Assembly (NCBI RefSeq): GCF_009914755.1
Contig: NC_060925.1
Strand: one strand, 5' to 3'
Length of the DNA stretch: 64,000 nucleotides
Origin: the human T2T-CHM13v2.0 reference genome, Homo sapiens
The position numbers were made by a program, and so were the translations under genes. Position 1 is the first letter of the stretch, and every line of letters begins with the position of its first letter. Below the pieces are notes generated by a model. That model had not been told where the DNA came from, searched no databases, and saw only the letters and a program-made list of their open reading frames with translations. Shown in pieces: positions 43,878 to 61,483 of the stretch.

Positions 43878-44443
43878 TGCATTAATCAGGGTTCACCAGA
43901 GAAACAGAAGCACTGGAATAGGTAGATGGATGGATGAGAGAGGATTTGCTAGGTGAATTGACTCCTGCAATGGTGGAGGCTGAGTGCCACGCACCATAGG
44001 CCATCTGCAAGCTGGAGAATCAGAGAAGCTGGGAGTATGGCTCAATCCAAGTCAGAAGGCCCCAGAACCAAAGAAGCCAATGGTGTCACTCTCAGCCCAA
44101 GGCTGAAGGCCTGAGAGACCCTGGAAAGCTGCTGGGGTAAGTCCCAGAGTTCAGAGGCCAAGGACTGGGAGTTCTGATGTCCAAAGGCAGGAGGAAAAAG
44201 GCACGCCACTCTGGAAGAGAGAGAGAGCATTCACCCTTCTTCTGCCTTTTTGTTTCTTCCAGGTCCCCTGCTGATTGGGTGATGGCCACCCACGTTGAGG
44301 GAGGATCTTCCCTCTCAGTCCACCCACTCACACGCCAGTCTCCTCTGGAAGCACCCTTGCAGATACACCCAGAAACAGTGCTTCACCAGCCATCCAGGCA
44401 TCCCTCAATCCAGGCAAGTTAACACCTAAAATTAACCATCACA
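43878..44443 (-). mobile_element. MLT2 (ERVL) solo LTR, within an older LTR33-like element
   Basis: tcagggttcaccagagaaacagaa...aaaattaaccatcaca. Confidence 0.88.
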
Positions 44444-45996
44444 GTTACTAATATGGGAAAATTGGAGGACTACTAATAAAACTCAGATTCTCAGCTTCTT
44501 TTGATGATTGGAAGATCTGACATCACTGTGCCCAGCTAGCTGAATGATAATAGTTGTCTGGGACAGAGTAACAGCTGCCCTGCTAATAGTAAGAATAATA
44601 AGGATGACAAGAGCTAACACAGAGCTCAGACAATGTGCCAGGCACGCTTCCCATGCAATTCACTTACCATGGCCTCCTAGGGCCCACTTCCCCTATTTAG
44701 GTCTCAGCCTGAGCCTGTAGGAGGCTCCAGGTGTTAACCCTTGCTCCAGAGGAGGAGGGAAACCCTGGAAGGGGAAGCCCTGGGCCCCAGTCAGCCTCCA
44801 GGCTGCTGCCCTGGGCTGAAAGAGCAGATCTTCTTAACGCTGTGCCAGCCACTTTTCAGATTCATTTTAATCTTCTCACTTCTGCCACTTGGCAGCTGCC
44901 ATCATACTTTACTCCCTGCCTGCTACCACTGCTTCTTGTCACTTCCAAACACCATCAGCCTTTTGATCTGGCTTTCAGGAGGGCAGAGGAGCTCCTTGAT
45001 TGGGGCCAGACCCATTCACCACATGTGACGGCTTAGGCAGGACTTCGGGAGTGAGCTTGCTGGACTCATGTTGGTTTATTACTTAGGGACCTTGGGAGGC
45101 AAATCCTTGATGAAATCTCATGCGGGGATGTAGCCTTGATTTTAGCAAGGCATTTGATGAAATGTCTCAAGTCCTACAGCCAAGCTGAATAAATGTGAGC
45201 CAGCTGGTAGCAGGATTTAAGTGGATTTTTAACTAGTAGAAAAACTGCACCCAGACAGATGAGATGATTGGATGCATGTCAGTGTGGCTCACTGGAAAGA
45301 AAACAGAAAATATGTTTGCCACGTGTTTAGAGGACAAGCCTTGAAACACCGAGGTGGAGAGTCTCCATCCAGAGACAGCAAAACCCCTTTGAAATACCAG
45401 CTCTGCCACACACTGGCTGTGTGGTTGCGGGCAGACTTCCTCTGCCTCCCGGGGGTTGGTTTCCTCATCTATTCAATAAGGATAATAGCAATACGATCTC
45501 CAAGGGGTGCTGTGAGGATTAAATGGTTTAATGCCCAGGGGACCTTCAGAAAGTGTCACTGTGGTAGTGATCACGTTCACAATGACAGGTTGCTATGGAG
45601 AAACTGAGACAGAGAACTAGGCTCTGAGTCCTAATTTTTCCCCCAGTTAAGTTAGGTAGATATGTGCCTACCTCACTGTTGCAAACACTAAACTCTGTTG
45701 TCCACCTGGGACAAAGGTAAATGGGAAGGATACTCACAGGTCTTAGCCCCTGTTGGGCACACAGGGACATGACTGAAGCCCAGATGTCACTGGGTGAGAG
45801 GGAGAAAACAGATTGTAACTAAGAATAAAATGGAAGCTAGGAGAAAGGGGACAGAGAAAGATGAGTGAGAGCAAGGGAGAGAGACACAGAGGGGCCCCCT
45901 AACTTTGTCCGCTCATGGGGGAAGGTCTTACGGTTTGACAAACGATGACCTTGAGAGGGCTTGGCAGTGTCTCAGAAGGGATTGATGAGGTTCTAC

Positions 45997-46309
<313 letters not shown>

Positions 46310-47745
46310 TGATGAGGTTCTAGGAGGGGTGGGTGACTGTGATAAGGTGGGTGCACAGCTGCCAGGGCTGCCTCTCACTCGGATCCACTGGAAAGTAGGA
46401 CTTGAACACCGGATGAATTCCCAAATCCCCAAACTTGGAGGGTGCCTCTGCTGCTGAGCTGCCTGTTTTCTGAGGGGGCCAGCAGCCCATTTCTCTGCTG
46501 AGTGTCTGGGAGAACTGTGCTCATGTTTGAACTCATACATGAAGAAGGACAGGTGGACTATTTTGCCTGAAAAGAGAAGTGTTCTTTTTCTCAGAAGCCC
46601 CAACCTTCAAGCACCTGGCACATAGTAGACGCTGGTTAAATGTTGAGCAAAGGAAAGAATGAAGCCTAGAATGGAAGTAGGGGTGGCAGCTCAAAAGGGA
46701 CTTGAAAGCCTGTTCTGATGGTGGTGAGGACAAGCGGGGTTCTCACGCAGCCAGCATCATCCCCTGCAGAGATCACAAAACCCTTTTTTATAGCTATCAA
46801 ACTATGATGTTCACATGTTTTTTTTTTAAAATCACAGGGTCCTGAAAGGCTTAAAACGAAAGCAGTAGATCCTTGCACTTTCCTGTCCTACTTCCCAGAG
46901 ATGACACTATTATGACTCCCCTCAAACATATTTATTGCTGCGTCATTTGTAACAGAAGAGGGTTGAAATGAACTAGATGTCCACAAAAAGGTCAATGAAT
47001 GCTATGCAGCAGCAGAAAAACAATAAAGAATCTATGTACCGATGGAAAGTGATCTCACTATATATTACCTGCAAAAAGCAAGATGCAGACGAGTTTGCAA
47101 AGTGTGCTACCAGTCATGGGAAAAAGGGGGAGAAAGATATGTGTGTTGCCATTTGTATAGAGCACTCATGGGAGGCCCAGGCGGCAATGTCACACTTGAG
47201 CAACGAGCTGAAAGAGTGCAGAGTGACTCATGTCTATGGGCGTATGCATTATATACATTAAATCATTTTGTTAGATTATGAAAGAAACCCATCATATCTG
47301 TTGCCTCCCAGGCGAGAGAACTGGCTAGGAAACAAGGGTAGGAGGGACTCATTATACTCTTCTATGTATTTCGGATTACTTAATTATAAAAAATAAAAAG
47401 GTTAATAATCTCATTGTGGCCAATAGATTTTAGGGTGGCCCCAAAGATCCCCCTATCCTGGTGTTTACACTCCTTGGGTGAGGTCAGGATTTATATGGTA
47501 AAGGTGATGGAATAGTACTTCCCTGATGTTTTACACAACTCCATCTTAGCAGAAGCAGACTGGAGGCTCCCTGGGGTGAGGGCAGGAGGCAGCATGACAA
47601 AGTCAGTAGCCATGTTGGAGAAGCAAGGAACTGGGGGTGGCCTTCAGGGACTTTGGGTGGCCCGTAGGCCTGAGGGAGGCCTCTAGCCCACCGCCAGGAA
47701 AAAGCAGGTACCCTCAGTCAAGCAACTACTAAAAAATGAATTTTC

Positions 47746-47870
47746 AGCTGGACATGGTGGCACACACCTGTAGTCCCAGCTACTCGGGAGGCTGAGACAG
47801 GAGGATTGCTTGAGCCCAGGAGTTTGAATTCAGCTTGTGCATCATTGTGAGACACCATCTCTAAAAAATA
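47746..47870 (+). mobile_element. FLAM-type monomer
   Basis: Sense monomer; aaaaa(t/a)gaatt flanks. Confidence 0.85.
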
Positions 47871-47910
47871 TTAGGTTGGTGCAAAAGTAATCGCATTTTT
47901 TGCCGTTATT
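47871..47910. mobile_element. MADE1 (Hsmar1 MITE) half
   Basis: ta|ttaggttggtgcaaaagtaatcgcattttttgcc matches the Hsmar1 TIR. Confidence 0.8.
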
Positions 47911-48360
47911 ATTTAATATTCAAAAAAAGAATTCTGCCAACAATCTGCTGAGCTTGGAATACGATTCTTCCTCAGCTGAGCTCCAGATCAGAAAGTGGCC
48001 AGGCTGATGCCTTGATTTCAGCTGGGGGAGGACCTGCGGAGGACCTCACTTGAGCTGTGCCCAGACTCCTGACCCACAGAAACTGTGAGACGCTAATTAT
48101 GTGCTGTAAGTTGCTAAGTTTGTGGTGATTTGTTATGTAGTAATAGAAAACAGATACCCTCTTTGAGCTGTTTCTTCTGGTATTTACCTCTGTATTTCTA
48201 AATAATGTGTTTATATTGCTTTTCTTGATTTATCACGTTTAGAAATTATCTACTGCTGTCCTGTTATGGCAGAGAAGGGTGTGTTCTCTTCCCATCCCAT
48301 TCCCTCTGCTACTGAGCAAAAGAGGCTAGCTGCCCGAGGTGCTAGAAACCAATGCTATGA

Positions 48361-48685
<325 letters not shown>

Positions 48686-48858
48686 GACACCAGGTTTTTA
48701 AGAAAAGCTTCTTACAGCAAGTTGACTAACAAGGAGACAGGAGTCCAGCTCAAATCTGTCTCCCTATGCTGGCTCTAAGGCAGGAATTTTATTCAAAAAG
48801 GTGTATGGGTGGGTTCTGGGATTAGCAGTGATTTGATGGAAGGAAAGGGGAGGTCTAG

Positions 48859-49405
<547 letters not shown>

Positions 49406-50418
49406 AATTTCAGCCAGTTTTTTTAATCTCACAAGTAGGGGGAGTTTCAGCGTCTCAGCAAGTTGTTTCTTTTTCTTACCTGCCATCCTGCAAACTCAAG
49501 AATTTCTGCTGGTCATTGGTTTCCTTAACTCTTTGGGCCTGGTTTCACCTCCTCCTACGCTCCCAGGATAGTGACTTTAATATCTTAATTAAATCAGTAG
49601 TCAGTGTTTAACTATTACAACAGTGTACATATTGTTTATGACAGAGCAATTCCTGTGCAGTGATTATATTTCCTTTCTTCCTTTGTTTGTCCTAGGATTA
49701 AGAATGGCCTCATCTAAAAGTTTATTTAGTGTTCTCTGAACCTTGCCTTATCTTTTCCCCAGTTGCTCCTGTAGCTTGGGCAAATGCCTGATGATCTTGT
49801 TTCTGCATGGCAAGACCTGTCGCTTCATGTACTGATCCCATATTCCCCCTGTGATCTTCCTCCTGCCCCAAACTGAGCAGCTTGCATTTGAGTTCTGAGC
49901 ACAGCTGTCATCCGAGGTCTTGAATTCAATGCTCTGCTGAATCCCACCTCCTGTTTCCTGAGCCCCATCTCTTCTTTCTTGGTTTACAGCCTAGTTTTAG
50001 TGGTGTACAATCTCCAGCAGTTTCTTAAGACAGAGTGCATGGGAGGCTGGTCGATTTGTTGTGAGTCCCTGCACATCTGAAAAACATCTTTATTCTATCC
50101 TTGCACTTACTGATAGTGGCTGAATGTAGAATCTCAGGTTGAAAATAACGTTCCCTCCCTTTAGAATGTTGAAGGCATTGTTCCCTAGACTCCTGGCTTC
50201 TAGAAAAGCCAATGCCATTCTGATTCCTGGTTTTCTTCTTGTGCCCTATTTCAGCTCCCCAGAAGCTTTTTGGATCTTTTCTTCATCCTTGGTGTTCTGA
50301 AATTTCAAAATTGGTGTAGGTCTTTTTAAAATTTGTAGTGATGGGCCCAATTTCCAATCTGGAAATTCATTTCTGTTCTAGGACTATTTTATATACATAT
50401 TTAAAAATTATTTCCTCC

Positions 50419-50999
50419 TGTGATGGCTAATTTTAGGTGTCAACTTGACTGGATTATGGAATACCTAGAAGTCTGGTAAGGTATTATTTTGGGGTGTGTC
50501 TGTGAGGGTGCTTCCAGAGATTAGCTTGGGAGTCTGAGTGGACGAAGTGGGAGATCTGCCCTTGATGTGGGTAGGCACCACTCAGTCTGCTGTGGGTCAG
50601 AGAGAACAAAAACAGACAGAAGGTGAGTGTGTGGAGCTGCCTTCTGGAGCTGGGATGCACTCTTCCTCTTCTGTCCTTGGACAACACTTCCAGGCTCCCT
50701 GGCCTTTGGACTCCAGGACTTAAAACAGCACCTCCACTCCCCCACCTCACCCTGGTTCTCAGGCCTTTGGCCTCAGGCTGAGAGTTGCACCATCAGCCTC
50801 CCTGGTTCTGAGGCCTTTGGACTTGGACTGAACCACGATACCAACATCCCAGGGTCTCCAGCTTGCGGATGGCCTGAGTGGGATTTCTCAGCCTCTGTAA
50901 CTGCATGAGCCAATCCCTCTAATAAATCCCCTCTCCTGTCTCTCTCTCTCTCTCTCTCTTTATCCTATTGGGTATCTCTGGAGAATCCTAACTAATATA
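50419..50999 (+). mobile_element. MLT2 (ERVL) solo LTR inside old antisense L1M sequence
   Basis: tgtgatggctaattttaggtgtcaacttgactggatt...(CT)n...ggagaatcctaactaata; TSD cctcc/cctct. Confidence 0.88.
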
Positions 51000-53189
51000 C
51001 CTCTCATCTGTTTTCTTTTTCCTCCTTGTCTTTTAGTTCTCTTTTCTGGCAGATTTCCTTTTATTGAATGTTTATTTCAATGGTTATGATTTTTTAAATG
51101 TCCAAGAGTTCTTTCTTGTTCTCAGATTATTTCCTTTTCTGTAAAGGGCAAAGCTTTCTTTTATTTCTCTGAACAGTTCTCACTAGAGTTCCTTTTGAAA
51201 TTTTCTTCTGGTCCTTGCACTGCTTCTGACATCCTTTGACACTCACCCCACTCCTGGCTTTGTTTGGATCTTTTTCATGTTGGAGTCCTTCCTCAAATAT
51301 TTGTTGATCCTTGACTGTTCATATTTCAGAGAGGCCCTCAAAGCTGATCGGCAGCTCTGAATGCTTTCACAGAGCATGAGAACTCATGGGGCTTTTGACA
51401 CTGGAAATTGCCAAATGTTAGTAGGTAGAGATCTTGCTCTCTGGGGCGTTCACCTACTCAAGAGAAGAACCCTGTAATCTCTTGCCCTGGGGAAGGTTGC
51501 AGGCAGCAGGAGCAAAACACGGGACTTTGGAATCCACTGTGAAATGTTTAGACTACTGTCCTGAACCTAACCTCCCCCCGCCCCCTGCCTCACTTTGCCA
51601 GGTGTCCTGAAGTTGGGAGTTCTCTCATCTGCTTCACTGCAGAGCAAGCCGTGGGCTCTTGTCTGGGGCACGGGGAAGAGAGATGCAAGCTGCCCAGCTG
51701 TGTGGGTGAAGGAGGGAACTGGCGGGGGGGTGTCTAGCTCAGCATACAGAATTGCACTTTAGCCCCTCTTCTCAGCCCTACACTTGACCTTAACTTCCCC
51801 CTGTACCTGTTGCCTCTGAGTTCCAAGCCCCTCCTTGGGCTTTCTGTGGGGCAAATCAGTTCCTGCTCATCTGGATCCCCCTTTCTAGGCACTTTAGCTC
51901 ATATCTTCCTCTGCTAATGTTCCTCCTCCCTCTGCTTTCTGTCTTCCAGACTTTGCTGAAATCTCTAAATTGCCTCCTCTTACATTCTCCTAGTCTTTGG
52001 GTTTATGCTGTCAAAAATGCATTTGCTTTCATTTTAGTGGGGTTTTGGGAGAAAGGATAAACACAGGTAGTTACGTTTAGTAGGAATCTGTGTTTCTTAT
52101 TGCTCCAGGCTTCTCCCCCATCTCCTGATGGCTCTGAGCAGAGGTTGTGCTCTTAAGGGTTAAGACAGCTGCAGTCCCAATCCTGGAGCCCTCCCGGCAC
52201 TCCTGATGGTGTTGTGTCTTTGGAGTCTCATATCAGAAAGTTAGAACTTGTAAGAAATAAAACACCACCTCTTCTCCCACCCTGGGGACATTGTGACAGT
52301 GATGAGCAGAAGCCAGCAGCCTTTGCCTGTCAGGGCCACTTCCAGAGTGATGATGAGGCTGCTCATGAGTGTCTTTGCCTGGACTTGGTCTGGCCTGGAG
52401 GAACCAGACAACAGAAGCTGCCCCCAGAGCAGGTGACATGACGGATCCTGGCATCTGATGACAGCAGAGGCTGGGGAGGCAGGGCTGGTGGCCCTCAAAC
52501 ACGCAGCTGTCATGGAGATAGAGGCGCAGACAGCAGGCACTGAGCACTGGGTCAGGCACATATGGCAGCAGATGGGGCTGGCGGGCTGGGCTGACAGGCA
52601 GTTGGCCTCGCGGAAGTCCAGCCTCTGGTGGGGGGATTCAGCTCAAGGACTGGGGTCTGAGTCTGGGGGAAGGGAGGATGCCCATTCCCAGGGGATGACT
52701 CAAGGCAGGGATACATAGACAGATTGTGGTAATACAGGGGACAATTCTGGGGACTGAGATACAGGAGCAAAGAGGGACAAAGGGACAGGCAAGGGCCTTG
52801 GCATCTGAGCTGGAATAACAGCAAGTTGGAAAAGCAGGCCCCCGGGAGGGCCTTGGGACAGGGTTGATTCCCAAGCTCGGGTCAGAGCACCGTCCTGGAG
52901 CTGATGTCAGGTGGACACAAGGACATGGAGGCGGGTGATTGCAGAGGAGCCTCCTCCTCCACCAGTACCTGAACTTGAGCAAACTTGCATCTCACAGGGT
53001 GGAGGCTGGGGAGAGAACCAACTATGACATCTCACTAACTCTGGCAGGGTGGGCAGGAGGAAGATGCACCACCCTGTGCTGGGAACCTGATCTGTTTGGT
53101 GGTGACGCTGATGGTGTCGATGAGTTGAACTCAGGGAATGAGTTTTGTGGAGCAGGCACTTTACAGGCATAATCTCATGGAGTCCTCAC

Positions 53190-53330
53190 ATCAGGTCTCT
53201 GAGATGGTCTTGTCACCCCTGTTATACAGATGAGGAACCAGGGCTCAGAGAGGTTGAGCAGGTTGATCAGGATCACACAGCTCGAGAGTGGCAGAGCCAG
53301 GATTCAAACTGTGTCTGCCTGAAGCCAAAC
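53190..53330 (-). mobile_element. MIR
   Basis: tacagatgaggaaccagggctcagagaggttgag...agagccaggattcaaac. Confidence 0.85.
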
Positions 53331-53811
53331 ACAATCTCTTCTCGATCCACTTTACTGCCTCCCGAGAAGTGACTCATGTTCCTTCAAGATATGAGCAGGG
53401 TCCAAACCTTGGTTTCAGGATCTCCTGTAGAAAGACCCAAAGCAGCCGTTAACATTGCACAAGGCCTGGGATCAGCTGGGGGAGGGGTCCACTTCTCTGA
53501 TGACACAGCTCACCCTGGAACCCTGGTGTGTCACAGGCAGCTAAGCACAAGTGCTGTGTCTGCCTGAGGATGTGGGAAGTGCCCTCAGTTCTTTGGAGCC
53601 AGTAACAGGATTTAATTTGCAAGCCTGTCCTGAGCTCTCTTGCGTCTGCCGAGTTAATTGGGTCTTGGGCATCTGTGAGCTGTGATGAAGTGTCTACATC
53701 GTGCAGGGAAGGCTGGTCCTGCCAGTCCTGTTAATATGTCCAAAGCCCCAAACTCAAATCTATCTCCAGCTGTTGCCTGGAACCACGTCTGCTCAGGCTG
53801 TGAGGGAAATT

Positions 53812-54012
53812 CAGATAGAGGGAAAAGCTATATAGGGAGATGATGATATAGATGTAGAAATAGAAATAGATATATGGATGTAGATGTAGGTATAGAAACA
53901 GAGACAGATATAGACATAGACATAGATATAGATATAGATACAGAAATGTGGATGTAGATGTAGTTATAGATATACATGTAGACATAGATACAGATATAGA
54001 TACATAGAGATC
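53812..54012. repeat. Degenerate (TAGAYA)n hexamer repeat
   Basis: tagatgtagaaatagaaatagata...tagacatagacatagatatagatatagata. Confidence 0.9.
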
Positions 54013-54102
54013 ACCAAAGACAGCCCAGGCAAAGGCACACTTTGAAAATAGCTACCACTTACTGAGCTCACTTAATCCTCATAGCAACCCTGTGAAGTAG
54101 GA

Positions 54103-54253
54103 GTTTGTTTTGTTTTGTTTGTTTGTTTGTTTTGGTAGAGAGGGGATCTCACTATATTGCCCAGGCTGGTCTCGAACTCCTGGCCTCAAGTGATCCTCCA
54201 CCTTGGTTCTGCAAATTGTTGGGACTACAGGTGTGAGCCACCATGCCTGGCCA
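54103..54253 (-). mobile_element. FLAM/Alu monomer inside a MIR
   Basis: TSD gtagga(g/a)ttt. Confidence 0.9.
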
Positions 54254-54599
54254 GGTAGGAATTTTTATCCCCTTTTCTTCGGATGAGGAGCTACGGCTCC
54301 CAGAGGTTGAGTGACTTACTGAAATCACATAGGGATGAAGATTAGGAGGGGGGGTCCTGATGGGTCCAGATGTCCTTGCGTGAAAGCCTCAGCCGCGGCC
54401 GTAGCCTCCACTGCCCCCAGACCTCCTGCTGTCAGCCCTGCCAGCCTTGCTTAGCCTTCCAGGGCAGCAGAGAGGCAGCCCAGACTCCATCCTCTATGTA
54501 GCCTCAGTGAGGGAAGAAATGAGGTCCAAGGGGGAATGAGCAAAGTGAACCATGGGGAAAAGAGTTCCCAAAGGAGAGCACGTCCTAGCCCAGTTCTGC

Positions 54600-55032
54600 T
54601 TGTCACCCCTGCCCCTGTCTCCCCTTATTCTTTGGTAATAGAACTCTGATTTTCAGCCAGGTGCAGGAGCATTCAAGATAATGGCATTTCCCAGCCTTGC
54701 TAGCTGTGTTGTGACTGAGTTTTGGTTGATGGGGTGTAAGTTGCAGTAGTTTGGGCAAATTCTAGGAAGTATCCTTAAAGGGAAGTGTCTTTTTCTGCCT
54801 CTTTGTTCTTTTAGCTGCCTGGCATGTGGATATGATGGCTGGTGCTCAAGCAGCCGTGGAAGCCATGTGTTGAGGAGGGCAGAGCAATAAGAGAGGAGGG
54901 GCCTGGGCCCCTGGTGATGGTGCGGTGGCCATACTGCTCCAGGCTGCCTGTTTGCATGAGAGACAAATACAATCCTACCTTGCTGAAGCCTCTGGGTTTT
55001 CTGGCACAGTCAACCAAACGAATCCTAATATT
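54600..55032. mobile_element. LTR16-like ERVL LTR
   Basis: ggtaatagaactctgattttc...catttcccagcc...tgatggctggtgctcaagcagcc. Confidence 0.7.
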
Positions 55033-55495
55033 CAAACTGTTTAATTCCTTTCACTAAAGCTGACATCCCTCGTTACAGAGGTCCCATTGTTATCCTCTAA
55101 ATTTCAAATTTGTTTGTTTCAGATCTTCTCTACTTTGTAGGCTAAATGAATGTGTTCAAGGTGGGTAGAGTTGGGTAGGAAGCAGAAAAACGGTTAGTTT
55201 TAATTTGGGAAAGCCAGAGTGTGCTGTGAAGATGCAGGAGGGGCAGCCAGAAGCAAGGGGTGCTCAAACTCCATCAGCCACTGCCTGATCCCTGGTATAC
55301 CTATGGCTGCCTCTCAGTGGCCAATCTGCTGGCCCTCTAAAACCTGCCCTGCCTCTGGGCAGGAAGCCTGTGAGGAAGCCGGCCAGCTTAGGACTGAGCT
55401 CCGTGCTCCTTGCTGCTGTCCCTTAGCTGGTGCCTGAGCTGTGCCTGGCACAGGGTGTGTGTTTGGTGGTTATCTGTTGAATAAATGAGTGAATG

Positions 55496-55688
55496 TGAGG
55501 CAGCCAAGTAGAAAGGTGTCACTGGAGAACCTCCAACTGGCCTGTGCACTGGGAGGAGTGCACACTGTGATGGAGCCTCGGGAAGTTCCGCTATTTGCAG
55601 AGGGAGGAGCCTGGCCTCTCCTGTTGTAGGGTGGAACCTGGGATTCAATCTGTGGGGCGGGAAGCCCATACTAGCGGGACTTTCGCTA
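55496..55688 (+). mobile_element. 5' fragment of an ERV1 LTR (MER61-like)
   Basis: tgaggcagccaag...gagaacctccaactggcctgtgcactgggaggag...gagcctcgggaagttc; ends abruptly. Confidence 0.7.
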
Positions 55689-58100
<2,412 letters not shown>

Positions 58101-58790
58101 CCCCAGCTCTTTATTCCCCCTTTTCCCCACTTGGGGCCACTGACTGCATTTTCTCTTCTCCCTTGCCTTCCTGTGTTGACTCAGCCCTACTCGGCCCTGC
58201 CCTGTGCCCCTTTGCCAACTATTGACCTCAGGCTGAAAGAATTTAAGTAGACCTGTCCCAACATTCTGTAACTCAGTATCGAGCCATTATTGGTGGCAAT
58301 CAGTCCTAATCTGGGGCCCCACTTCTGACATGTGGGCTTCACCTTGTTTCCAAGACTCAAACCCTCCTCCAGCAGAGTCCCATTTTGGAGCACTGGACTC
58401 CTGTCTTGTTCTTGGGACCTGAGTCCCACCAGGGTGAGTGGCCTAGGCTGGGAGGCCTCTGCGATTTGTTCCTTCCTTGTTCCTGGCAGGTCCTACTCCC
58501 TTGGGAATGGAGTCCTGCTGCCCCCTGGAAGCCCTGCCTGCCCTGGACTCCCTGGCATCTGGCTCTGTCCTTCTCTTGGGGCCTTTCTAACACCAGTATT
58601 TTAACTTAAACCCTTCATTTATTAATGTAGCTGAGTCTTTTCTACATACCAGGAACTTCTGTGGGCACTGGTGATATAGTAGAGAATAAGACAAGGTGGT
58701 CCCAGCCCCTGGGGAGCTTATAGACCACAGTGTAGAACTATATTAAACATTATGCTGTATGGTGGTCAGTGCCATGAAAATCCTGAGGGC

Positions 58791-59290
58791 TGTGTGCATG
58801 ACCACTCTTCAGGTAGCCTTGGCCAGAACCAGTTCCTCTTCCTTTCTTGCTTGTATTTCTCGAGAATAACTGTAGAAAGTGCTGGGAATGCAACATCCTG
58901 AGATAAGGAAGAACTGGCCAGAACAGCCCGGGATCTGTTCCTGTCCTTCCTAGAACAGGATGCCCTACAAAACTTTAACCCAGCAAATCAGGTTGCTGGT
59001 GGAGTTTAAATCCAGGTGGTCTGCTTTCTGAGGTCCCTTAGCTGTGGTGCAAGTGGGGACTTGTAGACAAGATTCCATCCACCCCGGGCAACTTTCCTGA
59101 GCCTCAGGGGACTGGTTCACCACAAATCCTAGGTTCCTACTGTCCCTTGCTGCCTGTGAGTGATAAAGTTGCTTTATTTAACTTGCTGTGTGAGTGGTCT
59201 ATTTCACTTGACTCGTGCAAGTGGTAGAAATTGCGGCCCAAAACGTGGTGGGCTGAAGTGGTAACCAGAGCATAGCAAGGCTGCTTTGTA
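58791..59290 (+). mobile_element. ERV solo LTR (LTR47/MER54-like) inside L2
   Basis: gaataactgtagaaagtgctgggaatgcaacatcctgagataagg. Confidence 0.6.
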
Positions 59291-61483
59291 TGGTGAGAGT
59301 GTTTTATAGGGGAACCTGGGCAGGTCTGAGGGGGTCAGGGAAGGCTTCTCGGAGGAAACGATGTGAAAGTTGAGGTCTGAAGGAAGAGCAGAGGCTCTAG
59401 GTGGAAGGGGAGAGTGTTCTCAGGAGAGGTAATCGAATGGGTAAGCTTCTGAGGCAGGAAGGTGGGTGGCAGAAAACCTGAGAGTTTGAGCACAATCAAT
59501 GAGAGGAAGAAGGGTGCATGGTAAGGCTGGAACCTGGGCGGGGTCTTCTGATGGCCCACGGAGCATGCTTCTCCGGGCCTCCCCCTGGTGTGGGCCTGAG
59601 CCTTGCCCCTGCACACCCAGGTAGATCCTATCCAGGTCTTGCCACTTCCAGCCGCCCACAGGTACGGGGCCATGCCTAGCTGGGTCCCAAGTTCTCACAT
59701 CTTATCTCTCCCTCCTCATAGACCCCTTCCTGTTGCCACACAAATCTTGGCCACACTCAACACTGCAGGATCCCAGGCCATAATTTAGAATCTCTTTTAG
59801 GAGGGTCAGCTGCTTGCCCTTAGAACCTCAGGACAAGAGAAAAAAACCAAAAAGCAAAAAAGGGCAATCCCCTTCAGCTATGCTTCAATGATAGGGACGG
59901 AAATTCTGGGTTTGATCTTCCCTGAGTTTTGTGGTGGCCCGGAGACTCGGCTGTGACTCAGCCCACTGCCTCTGCTACCTGTGAGCTGCCCACACTGAGG
60001 GGTGAGTCACCTGAAGCCCCCTCGTGGGCACAAGCCTTGTGGGGAGAAAAGCGCAAAGAGAAAACATGAGAGGGACATCATCACCAGGCCCTGCTGGGAG
60101 CTTCACTACATCCTGCAATTCTGGAACCAGATCGGCTCTGTTACTTCCTTTGATTAAACTTCTGTTTTCCCTCAACCCACTGGATCCATCTTTGAGTTAT
60201 TTAATTCCAACTGTAATAAAAAATCCATTGAACCGCGCACTAATGCAATATGAGGCTGGGAAGCAAACAGCAGGCCTGGGAGGGTGGAGCTGAGCAGAGC
60301 AGAGTCTACAGGGCTTTGTCCTTTTTATGAGGTCTGCTACATAAAATCTGATCGCATTTTGACTCAGAATGTGGGCATAGGAGACATATTTGGTGTAAGC
60401 TGGGGGCTTTGTGGGTGGGAGGAGAGACCTGTGCTGTCCTTGCTGATAGCAAAGATTTGCCCTTTTCCTCAGACACAGCTACTCTCCTTGTAGCTTTACA
60501 GAGTGTGCCGGGTCCTAGGCCTCCACCCACCTGTGTCTTAGGGGCTACTGGCTGTGTACCAGGCACCCTTACAGTATTCACATCTTTAAACTGGAATCAC
60601 AGGCTCTGACCCACCTCCCAAAAGCCAGATTGTTCTTACTCTCCTAGCTTCTGCCTTTGAGGCTCACTTCCCTCTCTCCATGCCACAGACAGCTTTGACT
60701 TCTGACTTTTTGTCTTCTGATCCCTTCCAGCCACTGTAGAACTCTCCCCTGGACCATTCTTCCAGCCAGTCTGGCTCACCAGAGTACCATAACTTGCTGT
60801 AGGCACGAGTGGTGTTGCCTGGCCTGGTTACAGGAATCACTGAAAGAGAGAAGGCTGCCCCAGTGAACCCCTTGCTTTGGGGACCACTCCTTCTGTGCCT
60901 GTACAGCCTGACCCCACAGCCTAGCCCAGATGCAACTTTCCTCTGGGGTCTGCTTAAGGAGGACTGCCTCATCCAGGGTCCCAGGAGCTGCTTTCAGACC
61001 AGAAGTTTCCATGAGAGGGCTGGACCCAAAGGGAATTTCAAAACAATGAGAAACTGGTGTGCCTGGGAATGGACCAAGCTCTGGGCCATCTCCCTGGAAC
61101 AGGGTCCTAGAGCCCCTTGCAGGGCCAGGTGTTAACCCTTGAATGTGGGACTGGGGAAGCTCCTGGATTCCACTGGAGGGTCCTGAGTGGTCAGGTTGAT
61201 GGGGCCTAGGAGGGGAGATGTCAGGGTAGCAGCTACTTGCTAACTTGTGGGAATATACTTCAACATTTTATCCACAGGTCAGCTGTACAGGTGCACACCA
61301 GCTGATTGGCAGTCCTGGTTGGTTCTGCTGAGCATTTGTTGGGTAGAAAAACAGGTCTCATTTCTAGAGCTGCTTTCTCATTGGAACTGCATCCTCTTGA
61401 GGCTTCCCCAGGGGCTTGTCAGGTTGCTGACCTCAGATTCCTGTCCCTATTTGCTCTTTCTTTCTTTCTTTTTTTTTTTTTTT

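Larger units (their letters stand above)
47415..48160 (+). mobile_element. MLT1E/F-like MaLR LTR, interrupted by FLAM and MADE1 fragment
   Basis: gactcctgacccacagaaactgtgaga...ttgtggtgatttgttatgtagtaatagaaaac. Confidence 0.75.
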
